Below, one piece after another: positions 43,410 to 54,751 of a stretch of DNA of 64,000 bases. A model generated the notes under the pieces. It saw only the letters and a list, made by a program, of their open reading frames with translations, made no database searches and was not told where the DNA came from. The stretch is from assembly GCA_963710605.1 (NCBI GenBank), contig CAVQBA010000001.1:160001-224000 (forward strand). Reading direction: 5' to 3'. The first letter of the stretch is position 1. Each line of letters opens with the position of its first letter. This stretch comes from an uncultured cyanobacterium. GTDB taxonomy: Bacteria > Cyanobacteriota > Cyanobacteriia > Cyanobacteriales > Cyanobacteriaceae. The position numbers and the translations under genes were made by a program.

Positions 43410-44866
43410 TATTTATTACTTAAATATACTTTCTCATTATGTTTGATAGAGGGAAAGAAATCTACGATCGGATTAGAATAATCAACTCCTAATTGTACAC
43501 CAAACTGTTTTTGTTCGGAAGAAGATAATTTCCAAGGTTGATGTATTTTGTCTCCCTTAATCGAGGCGATTTCAGGTAACCAATATCTTAAGTAATCTCC
43601 TTTTGCGTCATATTGTTGTGACTGTTTAGGAATATTAAAATAACGAAATCCACGAGCATCATTTCCAATTCCTGCGGTGTAATTCCAATTACCCCAATTA
43701 CTACAAACATCATAATCAATCAACAAAGACTCAAACCACTCAGCACCCATTTGCCAATTAACACCCAAATTTTTAGTCAAAAAACTAGCGACGTTTTGTC
43801 TTCCTCGGTTAGACATAAAACCTGTAGCTTTTAATTCTCTCATATTAGCATCAACTAAAGGGTAACCTGTTTGTCCCTCGCACCATACTTCAAACAATGA
43901 CCAATTTTCTTGCCAAGGTATCTCAATATTTTGTAAACCAGATTGATAAAATAAGCGGTTACCATATTTGAGTGCGGTAAAACGGAAAAAGTCACGCCAA
44001 ATTAATTCAAAGATAAGCCAATAAGTAGAATCGTTGGCAACTCTTTTGTCTTCGTATTCTTTTACTTGTTGATAAATAAAACGAGGGGAAATACAACCAA
44101 GTGCTAACCAAGCTGAAAATTTAGATGAGTAATCTGCACCTAACATCCCGTTACGAGTTTCTTTATATTTTTTCAGGCAATCTTTTTCCCAAAAATAATC
44201 TTTTAGCCTTTGAATGGCTTGAGTTTCTCCACCGACAAAATTTAATACTCCTCGTTGCTCTTGATCATGCTCATCTTTTAATCCTAGTTGTGATAAAGTA
44301 GGTATGCTACCTCGATCGATTTCGATCGTCGGCGGTAATTTAGTAGGTGTTTTAACAGTGGGTTTAACTTCACTATGTTTTTCTACTTTTTTACGAAAAC
44401 TGGTATAAAGATCGGGAATATTACTTGTTTCAAAAGGTAAATCTTCAGGGTGATATAAAGTAGATTGCCAAATAGATTCAACTTTAATATTTGCTTTATT
44501 TAAACTGTTAATTATTCTTTTTTCTACTTGTGTTTCTTCTGAAGTTACTTCTTCACTAAAAAGTACTAAATCGATATTGTTATCGATCGCAATTTGAGTT
44601 ATAATATCTTCTGTTATTCCTTTTCTTACTATTAAATCACTACCAATTTTTTCTAAGTTTTGCCTCAAATCGCTAACGCTTTCTAACATAAATTTAGCTC
44701 GATGTATTCCTGTTTTAGGAAAGCCAAAAGAAGTAGTCGTAAAAACACGATCGTCAAAACAATATATAGGCGTAATCTTTTGAGGATTAAACTCGATCGC
44801 TTTAGTTAGTAATTGTTGGTCGTGTATTCTTAAATCGTTTCTAAACCAAATTAAAATATTATCCAC
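43409..44866 (-). CDS. DASH-family cryptochrome
   Basis: WFRNDLR, YKETRNGMLGADYSSKFS, GFMSNRGRQNVASF, SNWGNWNY. Confidence 0.93.
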   Translation of the reverse strand: MDNILIWFRNDLRIHDQQLLTKAIEFNPQKITPIYCFDDRVFTTTSFGFPKTGIHRAKFMLESVSDLRQNLEKIGSDLIVRKGITEDIITQIAIDNNIDLVLFSEEVTSEETQVEKRIINSLNKANIKVESIWQSTLYHPEDLPFETSNIPDLYTSFRKKVEKHSEVKPTVKTPTKLPPTIEIDRGSIPTLSQLGLKDEHDQEQRGVLNFVGGETQAIQRLKDYFWEKDCLKKYKETRNGMLGADYSSKFSAWLALGCISPRFIYQQVKEYEDKRVANDSTYWLIFELIWRDFFRFTALKYGNRLFYQSGLQNIEIPWQENWSLFEVWCEGQTGYPLVDANMRELKATGFMSNRGRQNVASFLTKNLGVNWQMGAEWFESLLIDYDVCSNWGNWNYTAGIGNDARGFRYFNIPKQSQQYDAKGDYLRYWLPEIASIKGDKIHQPWKLSSSEQKQFGVQLGVDYSNPIVDFFPSIKHNEKVYLSNK

Positions 44867-45250
44867 GTCTGATAGTTAATAGTTAATAGTTAATAGTTAA
44901 TAGTTATCAAGACAATAATTAATTAGCAATTGCTATATAATTTATCTAATTACCTATTATAAAACAAATAAAAGCAATACATAAAAGTTACAAAATGTCA
45001 ACTATTTTAGCTAGTTATTTAATGTCTTAAAATTATGATTATCTTAATATTATAAAATAAACGATCGTTCAATATTTAGTATAATAGTTAAAAATTTAAA
45101 ATATTCATCTTTATCAAAAAACGAGCCTATAAAAAAGAGTCAATAAATCTTTGTTTAGTAAACAATAAAAGTAATTACAATTAACGTTTAGATTTCACTC
45201 TTCATCTTTTATTCTCAATTCTCAATTCTCAATTCTCAATTATTAATTCT

Positions 45251-46126
45251 ATGGTAGAGACAAAATCAGATTTTTTTCATCAATCGGTATTACCCCAAGA
45301 AATAATTAGCCATCTTGAGATTAAAAACGATGGTCATTATTTAGATGCGACATTAGGTGCGGGAGGACATTCTAATCTTATTTTAGCTCATTATCCGCAA
45401 GTTAAATTAACCTCGATCGATCGAGATATTAATGCCATTGATTTTGCTAAACAAAAACTAGGCAAATACGGTAACAGAATCAACTTTTGGCAGGGAAATT
45501 TTGCTGAATATAAACCATTCAATAATCTGTTCGATGGTATTATAGCCGATTTAGGAGTTAGTTCACCACAATTAGATCATCCCGAAAGAGGTTTTAGTTT
45601 CCGCTTAGAAGGAGATTTAGATATGCGGATGGATTCTTCTCAATCTTTAACCGCCGCCAAAATAGTTAATCATTGGCGAGAAAAAGATATAGCTGATTTA
45701 ATTTATCTGTATGGAGAAGAAAGATTATCTCGTCGTATCGCTCGTAATATAGTTGAAAATCGTCCTTTTACTACTACTATACAGTTAGCCGAAATAATAG
45801 CCAATTGCGTACCAGGAAAATACCGTCACGGTAGAATTCATCCTGCAACACGAACATTTCAAGCCTTAAGAATTAGGGTGAATGAAGAATTAGAATCGTT
45901 AGAAAAATTTATTCAAGTTGCCCCAAACTGGTTGCAACCAGAAGCAAGAATTGCTATTATTAGTTTCCATAGCTTAGAAGATCGAATTGTTAAACATCAG
46001 TTTAAAGGTCATGAGCAATTAAAAGTTATTACTAAAAAACCGATTATACCTACAGAAGAAGAACAAAAACAAAATCCTCGTTCTCGATCGGCTAAACTTA
46101 GAGTAGCTTATCGTATCCCCACATAG
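45251..46126 (+). CDS. rsmH: 16S rRNA m4C1402 methyltransferase
   Basis: [48 protein letters not shown]. Confidence 0.96.
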   Translation: MVETKSDFFHQSVLPQEIISHLEIKNDGHYLDATLGAGGHSNLILAHYPQVKLTSIDRDINAIDFAKQKLGKYGNRINFWQGNFAEYKPFNNLFDGIIADLGVSSPQLDHPERGFSFRLEGDLDMRMDSSQSLTAAKIVNHWREKDIADLIYLYGEERLSRRIARNIVENRPFTTTIQLAEIIANCVPGKYRHGRIHPATRTFQALRIRVNEELESLEKFIQVAPNWLQPEARIAIISFHSLEDRIVKHQFKGHEQLKVITKKPIIPTEEEQKQNPRSRSAKLRVAYRIPT

Positions 46127-46240
46127 AATCATGGAAAATATTTATCTTGTCGTAATTGAAATAAAGCGAATAAATTATCTTATTTTAATTATTGACAATT
46201 AGATATACAGTGATAATTAGATAAACTGTTAAGTAAAATA

Positions 46241-46816
46241 ATGGCATATATTTACGTAATTGCAGGAGCAAATGGAGCGGGAAAAACTACTACTGCATTA
46301 GAGATATTACCAGAATATTTACAAATATTAGAATATGTTAATGCTGACGAAATAGCAAAAGGAATTTCACCTTTTAATTCTGAATCTGTTGCTATACAAG
46401 CTGGAAAATTAATGTTAAGAAGATTAGATTATTTGAAAAATAAAAAATCTGATTTTGCTTTTGAAACTACTTTATCTTCCAAGCATTATGCCCGTTTTCT
46501 CAACCAATGTAAACTAAAAGGATATACTATTAATTTGTTATTCTTTTGGCTAGATAGTCCAGAATTAGCTGTTTTGAGAGTTAAGCAAAGAGTAAAAGCT
46601 GGAGGACATAATATCCCTGAAAAGGTAATTTATCGACGCTATTACCGAGGATTAACTAACTTGTTTAATATTTATTTATCTTTGTGCGATAATTGGTTTA
46701 TCTATGATAACTCTGAGTTTCCAATCAGTTTAATTGCTAAGTTTACTCAAACTAGTAAATTAGTTATCAACGAGCGACAAAAATGGCAAAAAATGAAAGG
46801 TAATGATTATGAGTAA
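46241..46816 (+). CDS. Zeta-toxin-like P-loop protein
   Basis: AGANGAGKTT, VNADEIA, FAFETTLS, RVKAGGHNIP. Confidence 0.88.
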   Translation: MAYIYVIAGANGAGKTTTALEILPEYLQILEYVNADEIAKGISPFNSESVAIQAGKLMLRRLDYLKNKKSDFAFETTLSSKHYARFLNQCKLKGYTINLLFFWLDSPELAVLRVKQRVKAGGHNIPEKVIYRRYYRGLTNLFNIYLSLCDNWFIYDNSEFPISLIAKFTQTSKLVINERQKWQKMKGNDYE

Positions 46817-46985
46817 AAAGGATTTAAATTTACGATTAATAAACCTTGATGATAAAATTAATTTATCAGTTAGAAAGGCTTTAGAAAAACATCAAAAATT
46901 AGGAGAATCAATTGTTGTTTCTGAACATGGAAAACCCAAAATTTATACTGGCGAAGAAATTAAAACTTTATTAGATAAAATCTGA
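46803..46985 (+). CDS. Small partner of the zeta-like protein
   Basis: VRKALEKHQKLGESIVV; overlaps the upstream stop. Confidence 0.7.
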   Translation: MIMSKKDLNLRLINLDDKINLSVRKALEKHQKLGESIVVSEHGKPKIYTGEEIKTLLDKI

Positions 46986-47206
46986 GAATTTGACTAATAA
47001 TCTAAGTAAAAAAACTAAATATAATAAAGAAAGTAGGTAATAAATTGTTAGTAATCCAACAGTAAGATTGGTAATGTGATGGGTTAAGGCTAAGTTGTTA
47101 GTTTATTTATTGAAGATAACAATCTATAGTTATCTAAAATATTTTATGAGAATAATTACTGAATTATTATATACTTTTGAGAAAATCAATTCGTTAGTTC
47201 GATCGA

Positions 47207-47446
47207 TTGAATATGAACTTAAATAAATTAACTAATCTCGAACAAGAAGAGTATTGGATAGAAAAATGGTCTGAATTATATGAATTAATTGAAGTTGAAT
47301 CAGATATAGTTTTCCTTACATCGGATTGGAGAGAAATTACTTTAGATGAAGCTTTAGGTATTATACAAGATGAAGCATATCAAGACTATAAAATTAAGTT
47401 TAGAAAAGTTTGGTATAAAGGTAAGAAAGCACTTCAACTTTATTAA
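47207..47446 (+). CDS. Hypothetical protein
   Basis: 79-aa acidic ORF. Confidence 0.5.
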   Translation: MNMNLNKLTNLEQEEYWIEKWSELYELIEVESDIVFLTSDWREITLDEALGIIQDEAYQDYKIKFRKVWYKGKKALQLY

Positions 47447-47743
47447 TCAAAAAACAAATTTATTTTTCGATATTTTAGTACAATTACGGTAATTTGTAGG
47501 AAATGGTTAAGCTTGAAAAAATTACCTACCAAAACTATAGCTTTAGATAAAGCGTAACCTAATCGTAAAATTGGTAGTGTAAGGAATTGCGTTTAAGTTT
47601 AAATCGATTGATTTTAACAAATAATTAATTGTTGTTTAACCTAACCTATCTTACTAATATTAATCGTGATTGTCTTGAGAATAATCACAGATAGAATTAA
47701 ACTGACAATACCGACAAACCATACCTGGATTTGGGGGGAAAAC

Positions 47744-48478
47744 TCAATCGAATTCTTGCTTATAAAAACGATAGCTTTTTAATTCTGATTGATGTTTCTG
47801 AGCAATTTTTTTCAGTCTTTCCTGTAATAACATTAACTCATATTGTGTAGCGGTTAATGTTTCTGACCAAATTTCTTTTTCGAGGTTATAAAATGAAGCA
47901 ACAGCTTGACGATAAGGATATAAATATTGAGCCGCCAACAAATAAATATATCCTTGTCTGGTATCAAAATCAGAAGTACCAGTTTTTAAATCAATAATAT
48001 TAATTACACCGTTATTTTCTTCAACAATACAGTCAACAGCGGCATAAAGATTAAATTCAAAACCGTTATCATTAATTACTATAGGTTGAGGATAACCTTC
48101 ATCACCACGACTTAAACTAAGTATTTCTTTATCTTTTAAAACAGGATTTTTTTGATACTTTTCTAAGATTACTTCAACTCTATTTTGTACCTCTGGTAAT
48201 TCTTCAGCTAATTTTATTTTTTCTTTGACTTTTAAAATAGAATTAACATCATCTAAATCGCAATCTGGTTGATGAAATTCATAGACTGCTTCTTGGGCTA
48301 ACAAACCGATACGTTGAGGAATACTTTCTATATTTAATAAAGCCTTGACTTCTTCTTCTTTTTTTCTGGCTTTATAAAAACCTCTTTTCATATCACAATG
48401 CCATACTTCTTGCCCGACAGCGGGAGAATGAAGGTTGAGCAAATTGTAACTAGCAAAATTATAATTTTTCTTCTTCAC
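47744..48478 (-). CDS. PD-(D/E)XK nuclease family protein (C-terminus probably extends to about 47650 after a frameshift)
   Basis: AAVDCI...IIDLKTG, Cys near N-terminus, downstream PNPGMVCRYCQFNSIC in another frame. Confidence 0.8.
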   Translation of the reverse strand: MKKKNYNFASYNLLNLHSPAVGQEVWHCDMKRGFYKARKKEEEVKALLNIESIPQRIGLLAQEAVYEFHQPDCDLDDVNSILKVKEKIKLAEELPEVQNRVEVILEKYQKNPVLKDKEILSLSRGDEGYPQPIVINDNGFEFNLYAAVDCIVEENNGVINIIDLKTGTSDFDTRQGYIYLLAAQYLYPYRQAVASFYNLEKEIWSETLTATQYELMLLQERLKKIAQKHQSELKSYRFYKQEFD

Positions 48479-48561
48479 TATATTTCTCTATTTCGTCTTA
48501 TTTTTCTATTATATAAGTGCCAAAATTAAATCTATCTCTTATCGATAAGAGGGTGTCAATC

Positions 48562-48650
48562 AGAATGGAGAATGGAGATGAATCCCTGCTTCGCACGTCT
48601 TCGGGGAGAATGGAGATGAATTCTTGCTTTGCAATTATTCGGGGAGAATT
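48562..48650. repeat. Two tandem inverted copies of the CCGAAGACGTGC element within GAGAATG heptamers
   Basis: GATGAATCCCTGCTTCGCACGTCTTCGG 48577-48604 and a degenerate copy at 48615-48642. Confidence 0.8.
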
Positions 48651-48907
48651 ACCTTTACACTCAAGTATGAGGCTTGAAATAATGAATTAATTATTTTCTT
48701 ATTTTCACGCTTTTAAGAGGAGGCTTGTATCCATATTTTTCGGTAAACCTTACACCCCTACATTAGAATTTTTTACTTAAATTTGCACTCTTACTTACCT
48801 TTACCGATTATACTAATTTATCAACACTGGAAAAAACGATCGTTTCAATTCTTCTTTTATTTTCTTCACTCTCCATTATTGTTGCCCATTCTTTATGATA
48901 GTAATGT

Positions 48908-50623
48908 GTGTCGTCATTATTAATCTATATATATTCAGCCTTTATTCTCAATTCTTCTATGATGTCCTTATCTCGTATAATTACGATCGTTGTTGGTATT
49001 AGTGCTATCTTTGGCTTAATGCTATGGTTAGTAAGTGCCGTATCTAGACTTTATAGCGAAATAGCATGGACTAGCCCTTTTTTAGCTAACTTCCTTGTTT
49101 TTATCCTCATTGTCTTACTTATTTGTTTTATTGCTTTATTTGTCTATTATTTATTCATTCTCCCGAATCAAAGTAAAGGTAAAGGAGGAAGAAGAAGAGG
49201 AATAAATCGTATTTTACCTACCTTACCCTCAGGTAAAAATGAAATTGCCACTGAAACTTTAAAAGCAGTCAAAAAACAAGTAGCTCAAATTCAGGATGAA
49301 GTCGCCCAACAAGCACTAATAGAAAAATCAGTCGAAATCGAAACCAGTTTAACGACAGGAAGATTACAAGTAGTAATATTTGGTACAGGTAGTGCAGGTA
49401 AAACTTCTTTAGTTAATGCGATTATGGGTGAAATGGTAGCTGATGTACAACCGAGTATGGGTACAACTACCGAAGGTACAACTTATCGTTTAGAATTAGT
49501 TGGTATTGCACGAGAAATATTAATTACTGACACCCCCGGTATTCTAGAAATGGGTGCATCAGGGGAAACAAAAGAGCAATTAGCCCGTGAATTAGCAACC
49601 TGTGCGGATTTACTTATCTTCGTCTGTGATAACGATTTGAGGGCATCTGAATTTAAACCTTTAGAAGCATTGGCAAGTATTGGTAAACGATCGTTATTAG
49701 TACTTAATAAGATAGACTTATACTCACAAGAAGAGCAAGAAATAATTGTTAAACAACTCAAAGCTAGAGTCAAAAATTTTATCGCCCCAGTAGATGTCTT
49801 AACCGCTTGTGCAAATCCTCAACCGATACAATTTTCCGCTGAGGAAACAATTCAACCTGATGTCGAAATTTTGTCTGTCATCAAACGTTTAGCCGCAATT
49901 TGCCGTGGTGAAGGAGACGACTTACTCGCTGATAATATCTTATTACAATCTCAAAGACTTGGTGCTGAAGCCCGTAAATTAATTAGTAAACAACGTAGCA
50001 AAGAAGCTGATAAAATTATTACCCGTTATCAATGGATTGGTGCAGGGGTGATTGCTTGTACACCTCTTCCTGTTGTTGATATGTTAGCTACCGCCGCCGT
50101 TAACGCTCAAATGGTAGTCGAAATTGGACAAGTATATGGATGTGAATTAAATAGCGAAACAGGCAAAGATTTGGCTTTATCTTTAGGTAAAACCCTAGTC
50201 AGTTTGGGTGTAGTCAAAGGGGCGGTGGATTTAGTGGCTAAGGCATTACAATTTACGGCGACGACTTATGTCGTAGGTAAGGTAATTCAAGCAATTAGTG
50301 CGGCGTATTTAACTAGAATTGCTGGAAAAAGTTTTATTGAATATTTTAGTCAAGATCAAGATTGGGGAGATGGAGGTATCACTGAAGTCGTCCAGAGACA
50401 ATTTAAATTAAACCGTAAAGACGAGTTTATCAAAGCTTTCGTACAGGATGCCATAACTCGTGTTATCGATCCAATTAAGGACAATTTTGAGGAGAACATA
50501 GACGATCGTTTAGAACCAATCGAATTACCTCAGCAAATGAGTAACGATGTTTATTTTAATGATACTGCTGAAGATGATTGGCATAATGATGGTTATAGTA
50601 AGACTAATGATGAATGGCAGTGA
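48908..50623 (+). CDS. Membrane-anchored GTP-binding protein with DUF697/YcjF domain
   Basis: GTGSAGKTS, DTPG, NKID, PLPVVD. Confidence 0.88.
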   Translation: MSSLLIYIYSAFILNSSMMSLSRIITIVVGISAIFGLMLWLVSAVSRLYSEIAWTSPFLANFLVFILIVLLICFIALFVYYLFILPNQSKGKGGRRRGINRILPTLPSGKNEIATETLKAVKKQVAQIQDEVAQQALIEKSVEIETSLTTGRLQVVIFGTGSAGKTSLVNAIMGEMVADVQPSMGTTTEGTTYRLELVGIAREILITDTPGILEMGASGETKEQLARELATCADLLIFVCDNDLRASEFKPLEALASIGKRSLLVLNKIDLYSQEEQEIIVKQLKARVKNFIAPVDVLTACANPQPIQFSAEETIQPDVEILSVIKRLAAICRGEGDDLLADNILLQSQRLGAEARKLISKQRSKEADKIITRYQWIGAGVIACTPLPVVDMLATAAVNAQMVVEIGQVYGCELNSETGKDLALSLGKTLVSLGVVKGAVDLVAKALQFTATTYVVGKVIQAISAAYLTRIAGKSFIEYFSQDQDWGDGGITEVVQRQFKLNRKDEFIKAFVQDAITRVIDPIKDNFEENIDDRLEPIELPQQMSNDVYFNDTAEDDWHNDGYSKTNDEWQ

Positions 50624-50799
50624 AGCAATTAATAATTAATAATTAATAATTAATAATGAAATAAACTGACTGGTAGTTAGTTACCTTGATGTTTAATGCT
50701 CGAACCTAAAAAGAGTTTTGTTGATGAAAAAAGATGCTCTAAATATAGAACATCTTAAAATACAGACTAAAGATTAATAATCAATAGTAACTAATGAAA

Positions 50800-51813
50800 T
50801 TATTTCCAGTTAGAAGCAACAATTTCAGCTAAATCAACAACTCTTTGAGAATAACCCCATTCGTTGTCATACCAAGCAATGATTTTAATCATATCTCCGC
50901 CCATAACCATGGTGTAGTTACTGTCAAAGATAGAAGATACATTAGCACCACGAAAATCACAAGAAACTAAAGGTAAATCGTTATAACCTAAAATACCTTT
51001 CATACTTTTTTCACTAGCTTCTTTCATCACTCTGTTGACTTGCTCAGCGATTGTACCTTTTTCTACTTGTACTACTAAATCAACTACAGAAACGTTAGGA
51101 GTCGGTACTCTTAAAGCAATACCATTCAACTTACCTTTTAACTGAGGTAATACTAAAGCAACAGCCTTAGCCGCACCAGTACTAGTAGGTACAATGTTAA
51201 GTGCCGCCGCACGCGCTCTACGTAAGTCACGGTGACTTGCATCTAATAAACGTTGGTCTCCAGTATAACTGTGAGTGGTAGTCATTGTACCTTTGACGAT
51301 ACCAAAATTGTCATCAATTACTTTCGCTACAGGTGCTAGACAGTTAGTGGTACAACTTGCATTACTGACTACATTAAATTTATCATGACTATACTCACTG
51401 TCATTAACACCAACTACATAAGTACCAATCTCACCACCTTTACCCGGTGCGGTGATTAAGACTTTTTTAGCACCTGCTTGAATATGTTTAGAAGCACCTT
51501 CCTCGCTTACAAATACACCAGTTGATTCAATTACTAAATCAATATCCCATTCAGCCCAAGGTAAATTTAAAGGATTACGATCGGATACACATTTAAGAGT
51601 CTTACCATTGACAGTAATGGAGTTTTCATCCGCTTCAATATCTGCATCTAAAATTCCTAACATGGAATCATATTTTAGCAAGTGTGCATTGCTTCTTGGA
51701 TCAGAAGTATCATTAATTCCAATTACTTCTAAACCACTATTCTCACGTCCTAACCAACAACGTAAAAAGTTACGACCAATACGTCCAAAACCGTTAATAG
51801 CTACTCTTACCAC
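50800..51813 (-). CDS. gap2: Glyceraldehyde-3-phosphate dehydrogenase (NAD(P), Calvin cycle type)
   Basis: [40 protein letters not shown]. Confidence 0.95.
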   Translation of the reverse strand: MVRVAINGFGRIGRNFLRCWLGRENSGLEVIGINDTSDPRSNAHLLKYDSMLGILDADIEADENSITVNGKTLKCVSDRNPLNLPWAEWDIDLVIESTGVFVSEEGASKHIQAGAKKVLITAPGKGGEIGTYVVGVNDSEYSHDKFNVVSNASCTTNCLAPVAKVIDDNFGIVKGTMTTTHSYTGDQRLLDASHRDLRRARAAALNIVPTSTGAAKAVALVLPQLKGKLNGIALRVPTPNVSVVDLVVQVEKGTIAEQVNRVMKEASEKSMKGILGYNDLPLVSCDFRGANVSSIFDSNYTMVMGGDMIKIIAWYDNEWGYSQRVVDLAEIVASNWK

Positions 51814-52261
51814 AGTTTATTCCCTCTTTTATTTAAGATTAATAATGTAAATTTTTCTAATTGTGCCTAATCATATCGTAAATAACGTACCATGCGATAC
51901 CCATATTTAAGTTTTTTTTAATTTTTTTAATTTTTTTCTGATTCACATTTCACTCTTTTTCTTGTTTTTACTCTCAACTGAATTAATGGTTAAATAATTG
52001 ATAGTTGTTAATTATTTTTTATCTTTGTTATCACTTGATTGTGACTACTTTCGGTTAACTAATAATTGCTATACTAATGGCTAGATTTTGTTAACAAGAT
52101 CAAGGTTTGAAGATGGCTTTTGCCTTGGATGGCTTTGTACTTAATTAGATATTTATTCGGACTCAAACTATTGATTTATCTCGTGTTGTAGAAGATCATA
52201 ATATATCAAGCCAAAATAGACTCGATTGAGCGAAATTAAAAAATAAAGAATAGCAAAAATT

Positions 52262-52927
52262 ATGACAAGCAAAAAAGCAATTGTTTTATTATCTGGTGGT
52301 TTAGATTCAGCAACTAGTGCAGCGATCGCCATCTCTCAGGGATATGATACGATCGCTCTATCATGTAGTTATGGACAAAAACACGCTAAAGAATTAGAAG
52401 TAGCTAAAGCCCTCGCCCCACGTTTAGGTATTAAAGAGCATCACATTATTGATGTTAATCTTTCATTATGGGGAGGCTCATCTTTAACTGATGATAATAT
52501 GGCAATTCCAGATACTGGTGTCGAATCAGGTGTTATACCTTCAACCTATGTACCCGGCAGAAATACTGTTTTTATTTCGATCGCACTTTCACTAGCAGAA
52601 GCAAGACAAGCAGAAGCGATTTTTTTAGGTATCAATGCGGTGGATTATTCTGGTTATCCTGATTGTCGCCCCGAATATTTACAAGCATTTCAACAATTAG
52701 CTAATCTTTCTTCTAAAGCAGGAATAGAAGGTAATGCACCTGAGTTAATCGCTCCTTTAGTTACTTTATCCAAAGTAGATATTGTCAAAAAAGCAATTAG
52801 TTTAAACGTACCGATACAAGATACTTGGTCATGTTATCAAGGAGGAGAAAAACCTTGTGGAGTTTGTGACTCTTGTAGGATTAGAGATGAAGCCTTAGTT
52901 AAAGCAGGTTATTTCAGTGAACAATGA
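52262..52927 (+). CDS. queC: 7-cyano-7-deazaguanine synthase
   Basis: LSGGLDS, YVPGRN, YPDCR, SCY..CGVCDSC. Confidence 0.96.
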   Translation: MTSKKAIVLLSGGLDSATSAAIAISQGYDTIALSCSYGQKHAKELEVAKALAPRLGIKEHHIIDVNLSLWGGSSLTDDNMAIPDTGVESGVIPSTYVPGRNTVFISIALSLAEARQAEAIFLGINAVDYSGYPDCRPEYLQAFQQLANLSSKAGIEGNAPELIAPLVTLSKVDIVKKAISLNVPIQDTWSCYQGGEKPCGVCDSCRIRDEALVKAGYFSEQ

Positions 52928-53048
52928 ACAATGAACAGTGAACAATGCTAACAGTAGTCTTTATTAATTAATAGATTAATTGTCTTTATTTGATTTGGTT
53001 ATTAATTAAATTAATCTGAATTAGGATAAGAAGGGTTTTTTTAATAGT

Positions 53049-53597
53049 TTAGATACTAACTAAAGAGTTTGTCTGAGCTAAAATCTGAGGGTTGGCAAAC
53101 TTATTATCAAGATTGATATTAATATGTCTAGCTAATGTAGCAACATCCAAACATTCTTGAGTAACTTTATCTTGATGACCATTGTTAATAAACCACTGTA
53201 AAACTGTTTCTAAGTACCAAATTGCTTGTGAACCTCGATAAAATGGTTTGGGGAAGGTAGCTCGCTCAACAAATTTCCTAATATTTTGTCTTGTACAGTC
53301 AAAAAGTAGCGAAAGTTCTCTAACTCCTACAATATCTGGTGAAACATGAGCTAAAGTTGCATCAGGAATAGCATCACGAACATCATTGATAGCACTTGAA
53401 ATAGCATCGTAAGCAGATTCAGATTCACGAATAAAGTCTAAAGCTATAGAGCCTTTTTCCCCAATTCCAATACAAGCATCACTACATCCGCTTTCATATA
53501 GCTTATCCACATAAATAGCAGGATTTAGATTAGAATCACCAAGTTTAAATATCAAAGCAAAATCATATTCATTCATATAGCAAAGGGCAAAGTTCAA
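53049..53597 (-). CDS. Putative DNA-binding antitoxin-like protein (start probably 53576)
   Basis: LYESGCSDA..GIG..G.IALDFIRE, PDIVGVREL..TRQNIRK, FPKP. Confidence 0.75.
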   Translation of the reverse strand: MNFALCYMNEYDFALIFKLGDSNLNPAIYVDKLYESGCSDACIGIGEKGSIALDFIRESESAYDAISSAINDVRDAIPDATLAHVSPDIVGVRELSLLFDCTRQNIRKFVERATFPKPFYRGSQAIWYLETVLQWFINNGHQDKVTQECLDVATLARHININLDNKFANPQILAQTNSLVSI

Positions 53598-53645
53598 AGG
53601 TCAAAGGGCAAAGGTAAAATGCTTGTATCTTAATAGCTTTACTTC

Positions 53646-53759
53646 TTACATTTTTCCCCAAGCGTGAGAATGGGCAGAAGCAATTTCAACTCGCCACTTT
53701 TTTTCAATTGCATATTCAATAGCATCATTAATATCTTTATTAGGATGACTTTTAACCAT
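53646..53759 (-). pseudogene. Truncated HicA-like partner of the 53049-53597 gene
   Basis: MVKSHPNKDINDAIEYAIEKKWRVEIASAHSHAWGKM*. Confidence 0.6.
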
Positions 53760-53970
53760 ATTTAATCGTAGGTTGTCACTTGACAACTTGATCTAATCTA
53801 ACAAAAATAAAAAATAATTAAGTAAAATAGGATACAGCTAAAGTAATCAAAGATGACGAAACCGAAGCTCTTTTTGAGAGTAAGTTTGGTATAAAGCCTT
53901 GTTTGTTCGATCGATTAGCTATACCGTATGACTCAAAAATAGACACACGATCGAGTAAAATTTATTTATT

Positions 53971-54195
53971 ATGGCACAATCAACAATTAAAATAGGCGAT
54001 CGTATTCAAGTTACCGAATTACCACCATACCTCAAAACAGCAGACCCTATGCCTATGTTACGCTCTAGTAGCTTACTTACCCTAGGAGAAGAAGGAATAA
54101 TAATCAAAGCCAATCCAGCAGGTTACTGGAGTATTCGTTTTACTCAAGGTGCATATTTATTAGAAAGTAAATTTTTTAGAGTAATAGAATCTTAA
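53971..54195 (+). CDS. sipA: SipA (DUF3148) regulatory protein
   Basis: LPPYLKTADPMPMLR...GEEG...YWSIRF..GAYLL. Confidence 0.85.
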   Translation: MAQSTIKIGDRIQVTELPPYLKTADPMPMLRSSSLLTLGEEGIIIKANPAGYWSIRFTQGAYLLESKFFRVIES

Positions 54196-54202
54196 AACTA
54201 CC

Positions 54203-54260
54203 AATTCTCACCGAAGACGTGCGAAGCAGGGATTCATCACGGGTTCTCAATTCTCAATTA
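54203..54260. repeat. Small dispersed element in ATTCTCA heptamers
   Basis: CCGAAGACGTGCGAAGCAGGGATTCATCACGGGTTCTC. Confidence 0.85.
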
Positions 54261-54751
54261 TTTAGTCGTAGTATCACCAAACAAAAGATAGTAAAAACAA
54301 ACCAACAGTTACAATTATTTCAATAGTAAGATATAATAGTAAAGAACATCACCACGAACACGGAAAGCAGATGAAATTGTTAATCGAAAATCAAAGTTTT
54401 TTCTCAACGAAACTTAGTTTTAGATTGATCTGTTTAATTCTTAAGTTGTTAATCAAATAAGCTAGTTGTTATATTGACTAGCGGAAAGGTAGTATATCTC
54501 AAAATCTAGATAAATGCAACGATCGAAAATGATTTTGAGAAAAAATATTAACTTCTTTCACATTTTGTTACAATGACTTATCATAACTTATCAAGAGTAA
54601 TAGACACTTTTTTAAGATAAAGACTTAGGATTTGACAAAACCTAATTTTTATCCTCAAACCCTTGTGTTTAAATAGCCTCTGATAGATCATACTGCATCG
54701 ATCGTAAGGTAGTTGATTCTAAACCCTTAAAAACTTATACAAAATCGAATT

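Noticed and set aside
52262-52927. queC as part of a 7-deazaguanine DNA-modification or QatABCD defence system
   Set aside because: Ordinary length and motifs, housekeeping context, no dpd or qat neighbours.
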